Source: Phaeosaccion multiseriatum
Taxonomy: Eukaryota > Protista > Ochrophyta, other classes
Length of the DNA stretch: 64,000 bases
Direction of reading: 5' to 3'
Assembly (NCBI GenBank): GCA_965112735.1
Contig: OZ218950.1
Coordinates: forward strand, 6,262,001-6,326,000
Shown: one piece after another, positions 61,181 through 64,000 of the stretch
Layout: each line of letters begins with the position of its first letter
Numbering within the stretch: position 1 is the stretch's first letter
The notes under the pieces: generated by a model
Database searches by the model: none
What the model was told of the DNA's origin: nothing
The model's input: only the letters and a program-made list of their open reading frames with translations
Made by a program: the position numbers and the translations under genes

Positions 61181-64000
61181 AGCAGGAGGGGAGGGGAGGA
61201 GAGAGGGCGGAGGGGAGAGGAGTAGCGTAGAGTAAGGATTCTTGGCAGCAGCACTGAGAGGAGCGTCAAGGTGGGGAGCGGCGCAGGGAAGTCCTCAGTC
61301 CTCAGCCTCAACCTCCAGAACATCCACCCATCTGTGACTAGATTGGCTGGATTCTACCCGAGGACCTTGCCCACAGCTTGGCAGACGGAGCAGCAGCCAG
61401 CAGGGCAGCGAGAGACGCAAGAGAGAAGAGGAAGTAGTAGCAGTGGTGGCAGAGGAAGGAGAAGGGCGGTCCCAAGGAGGGCCCCAGGACAGAAAGAAGA
61501 GATTCGCCGGGGGAAGGTCGAGGGGGGAGAAATGAGTGGGGAGACGGGCGATGCTACGCCTGGGGCAGGGACAGCGGCTCTGGGGACTGTGGCCAGCCTC
61601 ATCTCCGACAAAGCTCTGTGGGGGGTGTGCAAGGAGGTCGATGAGGTCACCACCCGCACTCTGAGGATCAACGCCGAAATGCCCAAGGATGTCCAGCAGC
61701 GTATGTTGAGTCTGCTGAAGCGGCAGCAGGAAGAGGAGGGGAGAAGCTCTGCTTTGGCTTCGTCTTCCGCGAGTATGCGTACTGCCTCTGCTGCTCCATC
61801 TACTGGCTGTGAGGAAAGACGTCCTGCGGAGGGAGCGCGAAGATCGGGGAGGATTCGGGCGAGGCAGGAAGCGCAGCAGCAGCAGGAGCGACGTGGGAAG
61901 AGGCAGCGCAATGAGGCTGGACCTCCTGGTCAGGGGGGATTCTTTCGCGTGGTGTCTGTGGAGCTCGGCCTCAGCGTGTACGAAGATGACGACGCCAAGG
62001 TTTGTGCTGATGAGGCTCTCGTAGGGAAGGCACTCGCGCTGCTGCCAGCATCGGTCAGGCTTTTGCGCTTCTCTGAGTATTTCAATCAGGCCGACGTATG
62101 TCTTCCTGGCACAGTTATGGAAGTGGAGCTCGGCCGGGAATTTAACAAACACATCGATCTCCCCGCCTCTCTGAAGAAGATCAAGTTTCATGAGGAATCT
62201 CACTTCAATCAGCACGTGGTCCTTCCTTGTGGTGTGGAGGAGGTGGAGATGGGGCTTTACTTTAATCTCCCCCTGGAGCTGCCTACATCTCTGAAGAAGA
62301 TCAAATTCGGCTATCTCTTCAATCAGCACGTGGTCCTTCCTTGTGGTGTGGAAGAGGTGGAGATGGGGTGTGACTTTAACCGCCCTCTGGACTTCCCTGC
62401 CTCTCTGAAGAAGATCAAATTCGGCTCTTGCTTCAATCAGCACGTGGTCCTTCCTTGTGGTGTGGAGGAGGTGGAGATGGGGCATGAGTTTAACCTCCCT
62501 CTGGAGCTGCCTGCCTCTCTGAAGAGGATCAAATTCGGCTCTCACTTCAATCAGCTGTTGGTCCTTCCTTGTGGTGTGGAGGAGGTGCAGATGGAGGGTC
62601 ACTTTAACCTCCGTCTGGACCTGCCTGCCTCTCTGAAGAAGATCAAATTTCATGAGGAATCGGAGTTCAATCAGCAGTTGGTCCTTCCTTGTGGTGTGGA
62701 GGAGATGGAGATGGGGTATAGCTTTATTCTCCCTCTGGAACTGCCTGCCTCGCTGAAGAAGATCAGATTTTATGAGGCATCTCGTTTCAATCAGCAGTTG
62801 GTCCTTCCTTGTGGTGTGGAGGAGGTGGAGATGGGGGATGACTTTAACCTCCCTCTGGAGCTGCCTGCTTCTCTGAAGAAGATCAGATTTGGCTATGACT
62901 TCAATCAGCACGTGGTCCTTCCTTGCGGTGTGGAGGAGGTGGAGATGGGGGGTGACTTTAACCGCCCTCTGGACTTCCCTGCCTCTCTGAAGAAGATCAT
63001 ATTTGGCTATGACTTCAATCAGCACGTGGTCCTTCCTTGTGGTGTGGAGGAGATGGAGATGGGGTATCGCTTTAACCTCCCTCTGGAGCTGCCTGCTTCT
63101 CTGCGGACTCTGATACTGGGACCGCGTTACACCTGCCCTTTGGAGAGCCTGCCTGCTGGACTGAGGAAGCTTTGGGTTGGGACCGACTACCCGCTGCCTG
63201 CAGATCTACCCGAGGAGCTGGAGGTATTCCTGGGAGAAGAGTATTATTGATTGATGATTGAGGGTTAGAGGGTCCGGATCTTAGCACTGCTGAGTGGGAG
63301 GTTCGCCTGCATTCTCTTCTCGCGTCGTGTGAGGCGGTGCCGATGGCAGCAGACGGAGGAGGACGACCACGAACGACGAGAGCAGGAGAGGAGCATGGTG
63401 GGTCGAGGGCAGAGCTTCGACCCCCTTCAGCGGAGGGGGCTCTCAGGGGCAGGAGAAGAAAGCCCAGCGCCAGCAGCACCGGCGACCCTCCCGACGCGCA
63501 GCCCCAGCCTCATCTTCAGCGGCGGCACTGCTTGGGTGAAGGGCAGGAGTCGCGACCTCGATGCCCGATCCCCGAGACTCCACCCTCCCGCTCCTCCTCC
63601 CTCTCCCGCTACGGTGCGTCTGCAGGGGCTTGGTACGTGCCCCCCGGGGGAGAGGGAGCATCTCCTCTGCCTGGTCCGGATGGAGACAAAGGTGAGCGAT
63701 CGTTTCATGTGGACATCGCGTCAACCCCCCCCCCCCCTCTCCTTGCGCTGTATGGGAAGGGGATGTGTGTTGCTCTCTCACTTCTCTTAAATTGACTTGC
63801 AGGCACGTACTCTCTGACCCCTCCTCTTTGTTCTGTCGCTCTCTCTCTGTCGCCCTCTTCCATCTCTTTCGTGTGCCTCTCGTTCTCCAACCCTCTGTTG
63901 CATTGCTCGAAATCTGCCTTTCTCCCCCTCCCCTGTTGCCCTCTCCTTCTCTCCCTCTCTCCTTCTCACTCGCGGTATCTCTCTCACACATAATTGTCCC
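60540..64000 (+). repeat. Segmental duplication arm (TPR 3' exons + FNIP gene + downstream region), inverted partner of 25183-31560
   Basis: Colinear reverse-complement similarity; the window ends on CTCTCTCACACATAATTGTCCC, the reverse complement of about 29459-29480. Confidence 0.9.
61532..63250 (+). CDS. F-box-like / FNIP-type repeat protein, paralogue 3 (8 double repeats), intronless
   Basis: Same architecture as the other two; ATG at 61532 aligns with the start of paralogue 1. Confidence 0.85.
   Translation: MSGETGDATPGAGTAALGTVASLISDKALWGVCKEVDEVTTRTLRINAEMPKDVQQRMLSLLKRQQEEEGRSSALASSSASMRTASAAPSTGCEERRPAEGARRSGRIRARQEAQQQQERRGKRQRNEAGPPGQGGFFRVVSVELGLSVYEDDDAKVCADEALVGKALALLPASVRLLRFSEYFNQADVCLPGTVMEVELGREFNKHIDLPASLKKIKFHEESHFNQHVVLPCGVEEVEMGLYFNLPLELPTSLKKIKFGYLFNQHVVLPCGVEEVEMGCDFNRPLDFPASLKKIKFGSCFNQHVVLPCGVEEVEMGHEFNLPLELPASLKRIKFGSHFNQLLVLPCGVEEVQMEGHFNLRLDLPASLKKIKFHEESEFNQQLVLPCGVEEMEMGYSFILPLELPASLKKIRFYEASRFNQQLVLPCGVEEVEMGDDFNLPLELPASLKKIRFGYDFNQHVVLPCGVEEVEMGGDFNRPLDFPASLKKIIFGYDFNQHVVLPCGVEEMEMGYRFNLPLELPASLRTLILGPRYTCPLESLPAGLRKLWVGTDYPLPADLPEELEVFLGEEYY

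Noticed and set aside
61295-63025. Long antisense ORFs over the FNIP genes (also 27105-28028 and 30666-31529)
   Set aside because: Explained by a stop-poor repeated unit; ORF ends differ among paralogues and variation follows the sense-strand codon structure.
26352-63250. Diversity-generating retroelement behind the FNIP variability
   Set aside because: No reverse transcriptase or template repeat in the window, and variable positions do not retain adenines as DGR products do.

Overview
Eukaryotic, GC-rich, intron-containing genomic DNA full of microsatellites. It is most likely a photosynthetic stramenopile (ochrophyte alga), inferred from bipartite signal+AF plastid presequences, an aureochrome-style bZIP basic region and a Tom70-like protein. 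About 20 protein genes could be modelled by hand from splice sites: MetRS (runs off the left edge), a UGA-recoding selenoprotein with a SECIS element, peptidyl-tRNA hydrolase, a double-bZIP factor, a PAS-pseudokinase-receiver protein, a PAM2-ankyrin-BTB-BTB protein, a plastid-targeted unknown, MED4, a MAPEG protein, an intronless bacterial-like methyltransferase, a 4-TM protein, mtRF-R/C12orf65, RPL29, UBC7, the TenA-HAD thiamine enzyme TH2 and a Tom70-like TPR protein. Four things stand out. (1) Three intronless paralogues have a degenerate F-box-like N-terminus and 5-8 shuffled FNIP/LRR-like double repeats, with variation concentrated in hypervariable codons; they sit on tandem and inverted segmental duplications and are a candidate diversifying, ubiquitin-ligase-coupled receptor system. 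(2) A selenoprotein with an SxxU motif that the ORF track splits at its Sec codon. (3) A family of MITEs with TCGGCCC termini and 6-bp TSDs. (4) A probable horizontally acquired methyltransferase. All gene models are manual and not verified by transcripts or database searches.
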